Assembly (NCBI GenBank): GCA_964194675.1 | Contig: CAXMND010000044.1 | Coordinates: forward strand, 5,114 to 69,113 | Length of the DNA stretch: 64,000 bases | Direction: 5' to 3' | Source: an uncultured Coxiellaceae bacterium | GTDB taxonomy: Bacteria > Myxococcota_A > Polyangia > Polyangiales > Houyiibacteriaceae | Shown: positions 1 to 9,977 of the stretch, piece by piece | How the letters are laid out: every line of letters begins with the position of its first letter | Position numbering within the stretch: the stretch's first letter is position 1 | Notes under the pieces: generated by a model | What the model was told of the DNA's origin: nothing | Databases searched by the model: none | The model's input: the letters and a program-made list of their open reading frames with translations, nothing else | Position numbers and translations under genes: made by a program

Positions 1-363
1 GAGGCGACCCGTGCGGCCGCCTCGGGCTGGCCAGCTCGCGCCTTCCTCGAACGGTGCGCGAAAAAGCCAAACGCCTTCGGATACGACATGGATGCCTTCT
101 TCACGAATGTCGTACTTCACGCTCCCCTGACCGGTGCGGACCGTTACGATCGATCCGCGTACGGTTTCGACTCGAGTCACGGCAAGCGTGCTAAGTGGCT
201 CACCGGTGCTCACGTCGTATGACCATGCGTTGCCGAGACGTAGTGGGTAGAGGTCGATCGGTGTGATCACCAAAGGTGGATCCGGGGTGGTCGGTTTCGA
301 CGCTCCGCAGCCCAACACCGTAAGACACGTCACGAGAAGCCCTGCTCCCATCCAGCTCGTCAT
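1..363 (-). CDS. Putative lipoprotein, N-terminal 121 codons only (gene continues beyond window start)
   Basis: Own translation of the minus strand: ATG at 361-363, open to base 1 with no stop. It is absent from the ORF track because no stop lies in the window. N-terminus MTSWMGAGLLVTCLTVLGCGASKP is a signal peptide with lipobox L-G-C. Confidence 0.5.
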   Translation of the reverse strand, partial: MTSWMGAGLLVTCLTVLGCGASKPTTPDPPLVITPIDLYPLRLGNAWSYDVSTGEPLSTLAVTRVETVRGSIVTVRTGQGSVKYDIREEGIHVVSEGVWLFRAPFEEGASWPARGGRTGRL

Positions 364-396
364 GTCAGGTGAGCTTAGCAGCTCCCATGTAGGCAG

Positions 397-831
397 GTGG
401 CGCATATTCGCGAACACGGCACATCCTGTTACGATACAGTGGTGACTGCGAAGGCCACCATCTTGGTTCTCGACGACGACCCTTCTGTCCGCCACTTGTT
501 GCAAGTGCTTCTCCGAAAAGAAGGCTACGCGGTGATCGCCGCCGGTGATGTGCAGTCAGCGTTGGCGCAGTGCGGAGTGCAACTTCCGGACCTGATGGTC
601 GTCGATTTGATGTTACCCATCGAAGATGGCGAGATGTTCTTGCGCGAGTTCCGCCGTCGATGGGGGCAGGTCGACGTTCCGGTCATCCTGTTGAGCGCAA
701 GCACCGCGCGCAACGAAATCGCACGCGATCTCAAGGTAGCAGCGACCCTCGGAAAGCCGTTTTTCGCCGAGGACTTGCTGGAGCTCGTGGTAACCCACAC
801 GGCTACAGGGGAGCCTGCAGCCACGGGCTGA
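397..831 (+). CDS. Single-domain response regulator (CheY-like receiver)
   Basis: ORF 397-831. ILVLDDDPS, DLMVVDLMLP, LLSAS and LGKPF are the receiver acidic pocket, phospho-Asp, T/S and Lys signatures. No output domain. Start uncertain (GTG 397 or GTG 439/442). Confidence 0.85.
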   Translation: MAHIREHGTSCYDTVVTAKATILVLDDDPSVRHLLQVLLRKEGYAVIAAGDVQSALAQCGVQLPDLMVVDLMLPIEDGEMFLREFRRRWGQVDVPVILLSASTARNEIARDLKVAATLGKPFFAEDLLELVVTHTATGEPAATG

Positions 832-863
832 GGCTTTCGTCGTCCGAGCGCGCTTCCCGTGGT

Positions 864-1706
864 ATGAGCCGCGCCATGGATCGAGTGTACGCGGACGGGT
901 TGTTCGCCAACGAAGTCGTCCTGATAACCGGTGGAGGGACCGGGATCGGTTTGGTCTCCGCGACGGAGATGGGCCTTCTAGGAGCCAAGGTCGCCATCTG
1001 CGGCAGACGGCAGGAACCGCTTCAAGAGGCGGTGAAGGAACTCGGATCCCTGGGCATCGATGCCTTCGGTGCCCCCTGTGACATTCGCGAACCGGAGGTC
1101 ATCGATGGGTTCGTCGACACGGTGCTGGAGCGTTTCGGCCGCATCGACGTCCTGGTCAACAACGCGGGCGGCCAGTTTCCTACGACCGCCGAGTCGCTCT
1201 CGGCGAAGGGCTTTCACGCCGTCATCCGCAACAACTTGGTCGGTACGTGGGCAATGACCCACGCGGTAGCGAACAAGGCGATGATCCCGCAGAAGCGGGG
1301 CCGAATCGTGAACGTCATCGCTAACATCATTCGTGGCTTCCCCGGCATGATCCATACCGGCGCCGCACGAGCAGGGGTCGACAACATGACCAAGACTCTC
1401 GCGGTCGAGTGGGCAACGCATGGCATCCGCGCCAACTCGGTAGCGCCCGGTGTGATCGTGACGAGCGGGACGAAGCAGTACCCCCCGGAGCTTCTCAACA
1501 GCGCGGAAAAGGCCAACCCTCTTCATCGCCTCGGCACCGCGGAAGAGGTCTCCCACCTCATCACATACCTCGCATCACGCTACGCAGACTTCATCACCGG
1601 CCAGACGGTGTACATCGACGGGGGAGCAAGCATCTGGGGCGACCAATGGGAAGTCCCGGAGGACGTCCCGAAGTATCCGCCATATCCTATTCCCGGGCGC
1701 GAATAG
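864..1706 (+). CDS. Short-chain dehydrogenase/reductase (enoyl/dienoyl-CoA reductase-like)
   Basis: Internal ATG at 864 of ORF 570-1706 (MSRAMDRVY...). TGGGTGIG Rossmann motif, NNAG, classical SDR length (280 aa), ends YIDGGASIW. Confidence 0.85.
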   Translation: MSRAMDRVYADGLFANEVVLITGGGTGIGLVSATEMGLLGAKVAICGRRQEPLQEAVKELGSLGIDAFGAPCDIREPEVIDGFVDTVLERFGRIDVLVNNAGGQFPTTAESLSAKGFHAVIRNNLVGTWAMTHAVANKAMIPQKRGRIVNVIANIIRGFPGMIHTGAARAGVDNMTKTLAVEWATHGIRANSVAPGVIVTSGTKQYPPELLNSAEKANPLHRLGTAEEVSHLITYLASRYADFITGQTVYIDGGASIWGDQWEVPEDVPKYPPYPIPGRE

Positions 1707-1727
1707 CGCTCGTCGTTCACGTGGTCC

Positions 1728-2528
1728 CTAGGTCTTCTCTCCTTCTCTCTGGAACAGGCTGATGAGATACGCGGCGCCGACTCCCACGAAATACAGCAAC
1801 ACCAACGGGATCAACATCATCACCATGGTGTAGACGTCTTGAGGCGTTAGTAGCATCGAGATGAAGGCCGCGACTATGATCCACCAGCGTGAGAACTGGA
1901 GCAACTGACGCCAAGTCACGATGCCAGCGCCAGCAAGGAATGTGACGATCACGGGTACCTCGAAGACGACGCCAAACGCCAACAGCATCCTCCGGAAGAA
2001 CGGCATGTAGTCTTTCACGAACAGCGTCGCGACGAGCGTTTCGTCGCTGAAGCCGAGCAAGACCGTGAACGCCTCGGGGAAAACGAGTTTGTACCCGAAC
2101 ACCGCTCCGCCCACGAAACACAGGGTAGACGCGATGATGAACGGAACCGCTAGTGCTTTTTCCTTCTTGTAGAGGCCCGGGGAGATGAACATCCACAGCT
2201 GCCAGAAGATCCAGGGCGACGCCAACAAGAGGCCCACGATGAGCGAGTTCTTCATGTACATCATGAAGGCGTCCGCGGGTCCGGAGAAACGCAATACCGC
2301 CTCGCCCGGCAGTTGGAGCTTCTCCCACGCGGGTTGAAGCGGAGCCACCAAGAAGTCTTTGATCTCCTTCTTGAAGAACCAAGCGATCGCCACCGCGGGA
2401 ACCAGGGCCAGGATGCTTCGAAGCAAGCGTGCTCGAAGCTCGCCGAGGTGCTCGAAGAAGCTCATCTCCTGATCGGCCTCAGGCGCCGAGGGGGGCTCGG
2501 GAGCCGTGGCCTGGATGGAATCGGTCAT
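1728..2528 (-). CDS. tatC: Twin-arginine translocase subunit TatC
   Basis: 266 aa. N-terminal MSFFEHLGELRARLL motif typical of TatC, six hydrophobic segments, 4-nt overlap with the upstream Tat gene. Confidence 0.9.
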   Translation of the reverse strand: MTDSIQATAPEPPSAPEADQEMSFFEHLGELRARLLRSILALVPAVAIAWFFKKEIKDFLVAPLQPAWEKLQLPGEAVLRFSGPADAFMMYMKNSLIVGLLLASPWIFWQLWMFISPGLYKKEKALAVPFIIASTLCFVGGAVFGYKLVFPEAFTVLLGFSDETLVATLFVKDYMPFFRRMLLAFGVVFEVPVIVTFLAGAGIVTWRQLLQFSRWWIIVAAFISMLLTPQDVYTMVMMLIPLVLLYFVGVGAAYLISLFQREGEKT

Positions 2529-2938
2529 GGGTGATTCGCCTTGGCCGAGTCGTCGGGCTCGGGCGGCTTGTCTGTATCGGTGGCCGGCTCGGGCGTCACG
2601 GGCTTTCGAAGTGCCTGCGCGGCGTCACTCGGCGGGGGCACCGGGGGCGGGGTTGAAGGTTGCGGTTGCCGTTGAGGCTCCGGCTCCGGTTCTTCCTGCT
2701 TTGACTCGGTCGGTACGGGTCGGGCGCGCGGCGGTCGAACTGGTGGAGAACGGAAAGGATCGCCTTCTCGCATGAGCTCGTCCAACCCGATGGCATCCTT
2801 GAACTCGCGGCTCGCGCCCCTTACCCGGCGCATACCCTTGCCGACCGTCCGCATGAAGGTCGGAAGCTTCTCCGGCCCCACTGCCAGCAGAAGGATGACC
2901 AGGAAGACAATCAGCTCCGTGGGTCCAATCCCAAACAT
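2525..2938 (-). CDS. Sec-independent translocase TatA/TatB family protein (TatB-like, long Pro-rich tail)
   Basis: MFGIGPTELIVFLVILLLAVGPEKLP, a TM helix plus the GPxxLP hinge as in TatB. 137 aa with a proline-rich C-terminus. Overlaps the tatC start by 4 nt. Confidence 0.8.
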   Translation of the reverse strand: MFGIGPTELIVFLVILLLAVGPEKLPTFMRTVGKGMRRVRGASREFKDAIGLDELMREGDPFRSPPVRPPRARPVPTESKQEEPEPEPQRQPQPSTPPPVPPPSDAAQALRKPVTPEPATDTDKPPEPDDSAKANHP

Positions 2939-2999
2939 GTTCCCCTAGAATGAGGCGTAGGGCCCCTGAGGGGCAACCTAAGCGCTTTAGGCGTCCGGA

Positions 3000-4526
3000 T
3001 CACGCCTCGAAACGCAACTGTCGCAATCGCTCCACAGCGCGATTGACGGCACGGACACGCCTTTCGTAGTCACGTGTGAGCTCTTGGATGCGAGCCGCGG
3101 CGACAAGTGTCTGCTCGGAGGTCTCCGAATGCTTGCGGTGCGACTGCTGAAGCTGATGAGCCATGTCCGAGATGTGCTCGATCGCTCCGGTCATTTGTCG
3201 ACCGCCTTCCGCCTGTTCTTGGCTGCTGCGCTCCATTTGCTGCGTGATGAGGCGCATGTTGTCAGCGCTTTTCATGATGAGCTCCGAGCCTCGAGCTTGT
3301 TCGGCCGTGGCGGCGGCGATCTGCTGAACGGTGTCGGCGATGCGGCCGATGGCATCGGTCACTTGCTTTGATCCTTGTGCCTGTTCGACCGTCGCACGCG
3401 CGATGCCGCCCACCATCGCGGTCGACTGCTTCGACGATTCGAGGATCTTCTTGAGGGCTCGCTCTGCATCTGCGCTGACGGTGACGCCTCGGTCGACCGT
3501 ACCTGCCCCGCGCTCGACCGCTTCGATGGCGTTCCTGGTCTCCTCCTGAATGGTCTTGATCAGATCGGCGATCTCTCTGGTGGAAGCGCCCGCCCGCTCG
3601 GCGAGGTCCTTGATCTCGTCGGCGACGACTGCAAACCCTTTGCCGTGTTCGCCGGCTTGCGCAGCGATGATCGCGGCGTTGAGCGCGAGAAGGTTGGTCT
3701 GCTCGGCCACGTCGTCAATGACGTTCAGGATGTCTCCGATAGCCTCGATACGGTCTCCCAAACTCGAGATTTTCGTGACTGCCTGCAGCGAGGTCGACTT
3801 GATGAGATTGATCTCGTCGATGATTTTCAGAATCGATTCCGCGCCGGTTTCTGCATCTGCCGCGACCTCTTGGGAGAGCCTGGCCGTCTCCTTGGCATTC
3901 GATTGCACCTGATCGATCGAAACGTCCATCTCGTTCATCGCGGACGACGTCTCCTCGGCCGTCAGGGCTAGGGCGTCCACATTTCGCGCCACTTCCTTGA
4001 TGCTGTAGGTCATTTCTTCGATGGAGGACGCGGTTTCGCGGACGCTCGACCCTAGATTACCCATGTTCTCGGCAACTTCATGGTTCGTCGCCGTCATTTG
4101 CAGAATGCTCGAGGAGCTTTCCTCCGTGCTCGAGGAAAGCGCCTCGACGCGATCGCCGATCACCTGAAGCGAGATGGCCATCGACTTCAACGCGCGCGCG
4201 GTCTCTTCGATGGCAACCATCTGCTCACCGAGGCCGCTGGTAAGCTCCTGGACGTTCTCCCCGAGCGTGTTTTCGACGTCGTTGACTTCGGTTTGGATCT
4301 CCCGCAGCCGTGCGTCGACTTTGGCGACCTCGAGTGATGGCGGCTGGCCCGACGCAATGATCAACATCCCGAGCACGCCAAGGATGGATGCCACGACCCC
4401 TGCCACGGCGACGGTCAGAGCGCCGGTCTCAGCTCCGATCGGCCCGACGGCGAACGCGAACACGAAGCACAACGACCCCGGAAAGATATAACGGCTCTTG
4501 GCAATAGCCCGAAACATGACCCCCAC
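3000..4526 (-). CDS. Methyl-accepting chemotaxis protein (orphan, no che genes in window)
   Basis: Highly conserved MCP signalling hairpin [34 protein letters not shown]. Two N-terminal TM segments with a very short loop. Long coiled coil. Confidence 0.85.
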   Translation of the reverse strand: MGVMFRAIAKSRYIFPGSLCFVFAFAVGPIGAETGALTVAVAGVVASILGVLGMLIIASGQPPSLEVAKVDARLREIQTEVNDVENTLGENVQELTSGLGEQMVAIEETARALKSMAISLQVIGDRVEALSSSTEESSSSILQMTATNHEVAENMGNLGSSVRETASSIEEMTYSIKEVARNVDALALTAEETSSAMNEMDVSIDQVQSNAKETARLSQEVAADAETGAESILKIIDEINLIKSTSLQAVTKISSLGDRIEAIGDILNVIDDVAEQTNLLALNAAIIAAQAGEHGKGFAVVADEIKDLAERAGASTREIADLIKTIQEETRNAIEAVERGAGTVDRGVTVSADAERALKKILESSKQSTAMVGGIARATVEQAQGSKQVTDAIGRIADTVQQIAAATAEQARGSELIMKSADNMRLITQQMERSSQEQAEGGRQMTGAIEHISDMAHQLQQSHRKHSETSEQTLVAAARIQELTRDYERRVRAVNRAVERLRQLRFEA

Positions 4527-4595
4527 TAACGTCAGTAAGGGTATCTGGCGGCAGGACGGCCAGGCAAGTTCCGCTTGAATCTCCGGATCTTCCGT

Positions 4596-5231
4596 TCAGA
4601 GCGGATTGGTGAGGAGCTGCATCGAGATCTGGAGGGCCAGCGAGTAATCGCCTTCCATCTTGAGCTTCCCGCCGAGGAAAAGCTCTTGGATCGTGAGCTC
4701 GCCACGGCGAACCGCCTCGAGGTCTGAGAACTGGAGCTCCGTGACAAAACCAGGCTCGGCTGGGACCTCAGGAACGTTGAAGGCTACCCGCAGGACCACG
4801 TCCCCCAACTCGGGAACACCCCTGATGGTCGCCTTGAAGGTCATGGGCTGCCCGGCGAGCGCGTCCTCGAACCGCTTGGACGCCGTTTGGGCCGCTCCGA
4901 CCGCCACTTCATCGTCCTCTAGGGCACCGGATTCAAGCGCCTCGCCGAGCAAAAGTTGAACCGCATCGCCAGGAATTTTGGCTGTCGCCCTGAGGGGGAC
5001 GCCTTCGGCTGGCTCGTCTCCCGCCGTCAGGGAGCCCCCGTCGCCCGATAGAACGATTGGCGGGTGGTCGTCGACCTCGAGGCGTACCGCCCCTGTCACT
5101 CCTTTGACGTCGGCAAGGATGCGCTGCGCCCGCTCGTCCCCAGCCGTGGCGCGGGCCTTAAGGACTTCCACTCCGCGGGTGAAGAGCTTTGGGAAGGTGT
5201 CTCGGAGGAACTCGATCGGTTGTATGGTCAT
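4596..5231 (-). CDS. SCP2 sterol-carrier-like domain protein
   Basis: C-terminal ELFLGGKLKMEGDYSLALQISMQLL matches the SCP2 fold signature. Start taken at ATG 5229-5231 (MTIQPIEFL); the ORF track extends to 5300. Confidence 0.7.
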   Translation of the reverse strand: MTIQPIEFLRDTFPKLFTRGVEVLKARATAGDERAQRILADVKGVTGAVRLEVDDHPPIVLSGDGGSLTAGDEPAEGVPLRATAKIPGDAVQLLLGEALESGALEDDEVAVGAAQTASKRFEDALAGQPMTFKATIRGVPELGDVVLRVAFNVPEVPAEPGFVTELQFSDLEAVRRGELTIQELFLGGKLKMEGDYSLALQISMQLLTNPL

Positions 5232-5278
5232 GAGCGGCGGAGTGTAGCCAAGAAGGCCACTCGCACCAAGCTGGCGAA

Positions 5279-7939
5279 ATGGCTCATAATCAGCCACCAT
5301 TCGGAGCCATGTCGGAGGAGGAGCACCGACCTACCGTATTGGTGGTGGGCCAGGGCGAACCGATGCAGACGGCGCTGGGCGAGGCGCTTCGTCGCCACGG
5401 GGCGTCTGTCGCGGCGTGTGCGACCGCGGAGCTCGAGAACGCGGCGCGCGTCTACGCACCAGATCTGGTCGTCCTGATCGGCGACGCCGCGGTGCGGGGC
5501 GGCGCGAATGTCGTGCAACGGATGGCGGCAAACCGAGCAACCGATGTTCTGCCCATCGCCGTCGTCTCGAGCGAAGCCGTCCTCAAGCATGAAGAGCCAG
5601 ACTTTCGCGCCGGCGCAGTAGCAATTGTGCCGCGAGGCGCGGGGGCCGACGCGATCGCTCGTCGACTTGCCGACCTCGCGCGGGAAGTACCCGACCGCAC
5701 CGGCCTCGCAAGGGGCGAGCTCAATGAAGACAACTTGAAGGACATCGTGTCCCTGGTTTCGAGCGACCACAAGACCGGCATCTTGAGCATTCAGTCTCCG
5801 AAGGGCGTTCTCGAAGGCATGCCGATGGTGATCGAGACCGAATCGCCAAGCGCTCACAACATGGAAGTGATCCTCGAGCGTCTGCAGGAGGCGATCGCCG
5901 AGGCCGGGCCTCTCGAGTACGAGTTTCACGAGGCGAGCGGGGGTCGACTGTCGACCTTTCCCGCTCCGATCGAACCTACAGAGCCTGCAGAAGAGATCGA
6001 CCTCCGCGCGCTCGAGGGAACGCGAATAGTGATTCTCGACTCGGACGAGCTTCGTGCGGAGAAGCTCGCTCACGCGCTGCACGCAAGAGGGGTACAGGTC
6101 GCCGCAGCCGATTTTTCGACCGCAGTCATCCCCAGGATTCGAGAGGTCGACCCGCAGGTCGTCGTGATGGACTCAAACGCAGTCGGCGGTAAGGGTATCG
6201 AGTTCGTCCGTGCTATTCGCAGGGATCCGCAGCTTCGCTGGTCTTCGATGCTCGTGGTGCGGTGGGATGATTTCTGGCCGAGCGCCTTCTCGGATGCCGA
6301 ACCGGACCTCGCACAACTGACCGCACGTGTCATGCCCCTCATCGAGCAAGACACGGTGATCACTCGTCGCGTCACCGACGAGATCGATTTCGACACGAGG
6401 CTCGAGCTGATCGGCCCCGGGCGCCTGCTGCGCGCACTCGGTTCGGTTGCCGGTGTGCGTCACGTCGCAATCGCCGGGAACAAGCGAAGCATCCAGGTAG
6501 ACATCGCGGACAACTCGATCGTGGGGGCATACGCGACGCTTCGGGAAGGAACGACCCAGAACTTCCAAGGCATGCCCGCTCTGACAGCGCTCTGGGGTAT
6601 GAACTCGGGCCGTGTTTCGATCCGGGAGCAGGAGCTCCCCTCGGTCGCGAACATCATGATGCCGGTCGACGAAGCGCTCGGGGTTGTGGCGCGCGAGCTC
6701 GGCCTCGCCGAAGGGGAGAACGACGTAGTCGGGGACGAACCGACCGTCCCGCCAGCCGCACCGGCCGTGCGGGATCACGCGACGATGGCTCCGAGTGCCC
6801 TGTCTAGTGAGGAGCTCCAAGAGCTACGGACCATGGCACCCCCCAGGTTCCAGCATCTTCAAGCCGCGGGTGCCGAAGGGCAGGCGCTCTCCGAGGACGA
6901 AGCTCCGACGAACAAGATGCCCCAACCACTCGCGAAGGTAGAGACCGAACGTCGCGCCGCCGCTGTTGCTGGCAGTCTACGAGAGAGCAACGGTCCTGAA
7001 CGACACACCGACCACGGCGCAACGCGTCCCCCGAAGAAGACCCAGATGGGCCTTGCACCGGTATTCGAAACGCTCCCCGATGCGGCCGACAAGAAGACGG
7101 CCTCCCCGAGGCAACCGACCCCGCCATCACCACCGCCCTCCAGCCGAAAGTCCTCGCGAGGTCCGCTGTTTGCGGACGAGGCGTTCGAGCACGAGCTCGC
7201 GCCGATGCTGGAAGGGCCAGCCACGATTCTCGCGCCCGCCGCGACCCCCTCGACACCCGCTTGGATTCAGGTCCTGCTTCTCATGGCGGTCATCGGAGGC
7301 GGCGGTTTCTTGGCCTGGCAGCTCTGGCTCGGCGCCGACTCGGATGCGGTCACGACCGCCGAGGTCGAAAAGGATACGCCTACCGACAAAAGCCCGATCA
7401 CCGGACCCGCAGACGGGCTCGAAGCCGCGGATGAAGGTCTCACGGACGAAGCGCCCCCTCCCAAGAAAGAAGTCGTGGAGGCGAAACCCCAGGAGGCGGA
7501 GCCTGAAGTGAAGCCGCCAGCCCAAGAGAAGCCGAAGCTGGTCATTCCCACGCGAAACCTGCCCCGAGATCCGGGCGAGGCATCCGACGTCCTCGTGCGC
7601 CGTGCCCTTGCCTTGATCCGAGGCGGTGAGCTCAACCGAGCAGAGGCGACGCTCGACCGCGCATGGGAGCTCGACCCGAAGAATCCGCAGGCCATGGCCG
7701 GCTACGCCACCCTCTACATCACTGCCAAGGAGGGCGATCGGGCGGTCAAATGGGCCGAGCGAGCTGTTGAAAAAAGGCCCCGCCGCGCACCGTACAGAGT
7801 GCTCCTCGGAGATGCCCTCATGCTTCGAGGCGAGGCACGCCGGGCACGCAAAGCCTGGCGAAAAGCCCTCGAGCAGGACCCCGACAATCGAGCAGCGCGG
7901 GCGCGCCTCGCCAAGACCACTGGCACGACCGCCAATTAG
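5279..7939 (+). CDS. Large multidomain protein: two degenerate receiver-like domains, DUF4388-like motif, Pro-rich region, one TM helix, C-terminal TPR
   Basis: 886-aa ORF. TVLVVGQGE...DLVVLIGD and RIVILDSDE...VVVMDS are receiver-like. DIVSLVSSDHKTGILSI is DUF4388-like. AWIQVLLLMAVIGGGGFLAWQLWL is the TM helix. C-terminal repeats RAWELDPKNPQA / KALEQDPDNRAA are TPR. Alternative start ATG 5309. Confidence 0.7.
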   Translation: MAHNQPPFGAMSEEEHRPTVLVVGQGEPMQTALGEALRRHGASVAACATAELENAARVYAPDLVVLIGDAAVRGGANVVQRMAANRATDVLPIAVVSSEAVLKHEEPDFRAGAVAIVPRGAGADAIARRLADLAREVPDRTGLARGELNEDNLKDIVSLVSSDHKTGILSIQSPKGVLEGMPMVIETESPSAHNMEVILERLQEAIAEAGPLEYEFHEASGGRLSTFPAPIEPTEPAEEIDLRALEGTRIVILDSDELRAEKLAHALHARGVQVAAADFSTAVIPRIREVDPQVVVMDSNAVGGKGIEFVRAIRRDPQLRWSSMLVVRWDDFWPSAFSDAEPDLAQLTARVMPLIEQDTVITRRVTDEIDFDTRLELIGPGRLLRALGSVAGVRHVAIAGNKRSIQVDIADNSIVGAYATLREGTTQNFQGMPALTALWGMNSGRVSIREQELPSVANIMMPVDEALGVVARELGLAEGENDVVGDEPTVPPAAPAVRDHATMAPSALSSEELQELRTMAPPRFQHLQAAGAEGQALSEDEAPTNKMPQPLAKVETERRAAAVAGSLRESNGPERHTDHGATRPPKKTQMGLAPVFETLPDAADKKTASPRQPTPPSPPPSSRKSSRGPLFADEAFEHELAPMLEGPATILAPAATPSTPAWIQVLLLMAVIGGGGFLAWQLWLGADSDAVTTAEVEKDTPTDKSPITGPADGLEAADEGLTDEAPPPKKEVVEAKPQEAEPEVKPPAQEKPKLVIPTRNLPRDPGEASDVLVRRALALIRGGELNRAEATLDRAWELDPKNPQAMAGYATLYITAKEGDRAVKWAERAVEKRPRRAPYRVLLGDALMLRGEARRARKAWRKALEQDPDNRAARARLAKTTGTTAN

Positions 7940-7975
7940 TTGCGCATTTTCGGGCCCCAGGCCTAGCGTCGACCC

Positions 7976-8482
7976 ATGTCGAGACGAATCTGGTGGGCGA
8001 GCCTGTTGCTAGGACTGAGCGGCTGCTTGATACAGAACTTGAGTCCCGAAACAAGGCTTCGCGACGCAGTGATCGAGCTCAACGAGGGAGCGCGCTGGGG
8101 TCGAATGGACGTCGCGGCCGGTTACGTGTCGCCGGTGTTCCAGAACCAGTTTCGGTTGTCGCATGTGCGCTGGGGGCGGGACATCCAGATCGCGGACAGC
8201 GAGATCCTCGCTGTCAACGCCCACACCGAGGAAGATGGCTCGGGAGCGCTCTCCCGCGTTGCGATCCGCTGGTACGATCACGAGACAATGGTCATCGCGC
8301 AGACCGTAATCCGACAGGCATGGCAGAAGCACAAGCAAACGTTCCTGCTGGTCAACGAGTCCGTCGAGAATGGTCATCCGGGCCTGCTCGCGATTCCTCA
8401 ATTGGACCGGCCCGTCGAGGGACCCGTCGAAACCGAAGAGTATGAGGACTTCGACGACGCTCAGTGGAGCAGCGTCTACTGA
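7976..8482 (+). CDS. Hypothetical lipoprotein
   Basis: MSRRIWWASLLLGLSGC signal peptide with lipobox. 168 aa with an acidic C-terminus. No recognisable family. Confidence 0.6.
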   Translation: MSRRIWWASLLLGLSGCLIQNLSPETRLRDAVIELNEGARWGRMDVAAGYVSPVFQNQFRLSHVRWGRDIQIADSEILAVNAHTEEDGSGALSRVAIRWYDHETMVIAQTVIRQAWQKHKQTFLLVNESVENGHPGLLAIPQLDRPVEGPVETEEYEDFDDAQWSSVY

Positions 8483-8483
8483 C

Positions 8484-9473
8484 TCAGCCGACGCCCACCG
8501 CGCTCCGCACGCGCTGAATGGTCGCGTGGGCAATGGTGCGCGCCTTGTCTGCGCCGTCACTCAAGATCGCATCGAGCTTCGGCTCGTCAGAACGAGTCTC
8601 GATGTACGCTTCTCGCTTGGGGCCGATCTCGGCTTCGATCGCCTCGTAGAGTTCCTGCTTGGCGTGGCCCCAGCCGTAGCCGCCCGCTTCGAGCTTGTGC
8701 TTCATCTCGGGGGCCCGCTCCGGGGCGACGAGCTCGTAGAGATCATAGACGGTCGAGCCTTCGGCGGTCTTGGGATCGTCGAGCGACTCGGAGCCCGTGG
8801 TGATACTCATGATCACCTTTCGAAGCTTCTTGGGCGATTCGAAAAGGGGAATCCCGTTGCCGCCGCTCTTGCTCATCTTCTCGCCGTCGGTACCCGGTAC
8901 GAGGGGAGCCTCGGTGATCAACGCTTCAGGCACGACGAGCGTGTTCTCGCCGTAAATGTGGTTCAGCCGCATCGCGATGTCGCGAGTAAGCTCCAGATGC
9001 TGCTTCTGGTCCTTGCCAATCGGCACTACGTCAGTGTCGTAAAGAAGAATGTCGGCGGCCATCAGCAGCGGGTAGTTGAAGAGCCCAGCACTCGGTGAAT
9101 CGCCCCGTGCAAGCGCGTCTTTGTAGGCATGGCCGCGCTCGAGCTGGCCCTTCGCCAGCATACAGCTCAAGACCCATGTGAGCTCGAACACGTAGGACAC
9201 GGCGGACTGTCGGTAGAGCAAGGTGCGCTCCGGATTGAGACCGCAGGCAAGCCAGGTGGCCGCGACGTCACGAATGTAGCCTCTCAGCTGCCCTGCATCC
9301 CTAACGGTCGTGAGCGCGTGGTAGTCCGCAATGAAGTAGAGCGTTCGATACCGGTCGACGAGCGAGAGCGCGGGACGGATCGCACCGAGGTAGTTTCCGA
9401 GGTGCGGCAGGTGCGTCGGTTTGATACCGGTCAGTGACGTCTTCACCGGGCGGAGGGTGTCCCATGTGGACAT
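8484..9473 (-). CDS. trpS: Tryptophan--tRNA ligase
   Basis: TGIKPTHLPHLGNY (HIGH-type motif) and KMSKSGG (KMSKS). 330 aa from ATG 9471-9473 (MSTWDT); the ORF track extends further upstream to 9755. Confidence 0.9.
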   Translation of the reverse strand: MSTWDTLRPVKTSLTGIKPTHLPHLGNYLGAIRPALSLVDRYRTLYFIADYHALTTVRDAGQLRGYIRDVAATWLACGLNPERTLLYRQSAVSYVFELTWVLSCMLAKGQLERGHAYKDALARGDSPSAGLFNYPLLMAADILLYDTDVVPIGKDQKQHLELTRDIAMRLNHIYGENTLVVPEALITEAPLVPGTDGEKMSKSGGNGIPLFESPKKLRKVIMSITTGSESLDDPKTAEGSTVYDLYELVAPERAPEMKHKLEAGGYGWGHAKQELYEAIEAEIGPKREAYIETRSDEPKLDAILSDGADKARTIAHATIQRVRSAVGVG

Positions 9474-9503
9474 GCGCGGCAACCGGGGTAAGAACGCGGA
9501 ACC

Positions 9504-9977
9504 ATGACAGATCGTCCGTTCAAGGTCCTTGGCATCCAGCAAATCGCCGTCGGCGCGTCTGACAAAACGGCCCTCGTCCGACTGTGGGTCGACGCGCTCG
9601 GGCTGACACCCGCCGGAAATTTCCGAAGCGAACAAGAGAACGTCGACGAGGACATCGTCACGATGGGCGCTGGCGCATTCGCGGTCGAGGTCGACCTCAT
9701 GCAGCCGATCGATCCCGAGAAGAAGCCTAGGGTCGACAGCCCGCCTCTCAATCACGTCGGGCTATGGGTCGACGACATCGACGCGGCCGTGGAGTGGCTG
9801 AGCGCTCAGGGGATACGTTTCACGCCTGGTGGAATCCGCCCTGGTGCGGCCGGCCATCGCGTGTGCTTCATTCACCCGAAGGGCAACGAAGAAGCGCCAA
9901 TCGGTGGAGAAGGCGTCCTGATCGAGCTTGTCGAGGCTCCTGCGGAGGTTCGAGACGCGTTCGAGGCGCTAGGCTAG
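9504..9977 (+). CDS. VOC/glyoxalase-family protein (methylmalonyl-CoA epimerase-like)
   Basis: 157 aa. Paired beta-alpha-beta-beta-beta modules LGIQQIAVG... and [18 protein letters not shown]...VCFIHPKG...VLIELVE. Confidence 0.75.
   Translation: MTDRPFKVLGIQQIAVGASDKTALVRLWVDALGLTPAGNFRSEQENVDEDIVTMGAGAFAVEVDLMQPIDPEKKPRVDSPPLNHVGLWVDDIDAAVEWLSAQGIRFTPGGIRPGAAGHRVCFIHPKGNEEAPIGGEGVLIELVEAPAEVRDAFEALG

Noticed and set aside
2962-2974. A short GCCCC-TGA-GGGGC hairpin between the MCP stop and the TatB-like start. A similar 4-5-bp GC hairpin lies at 13050-13063 and another near 63672.
   Set aside because: The stems are only 4-5 bp with no U-tract, which is too weak to call terminators in a high-GC background.
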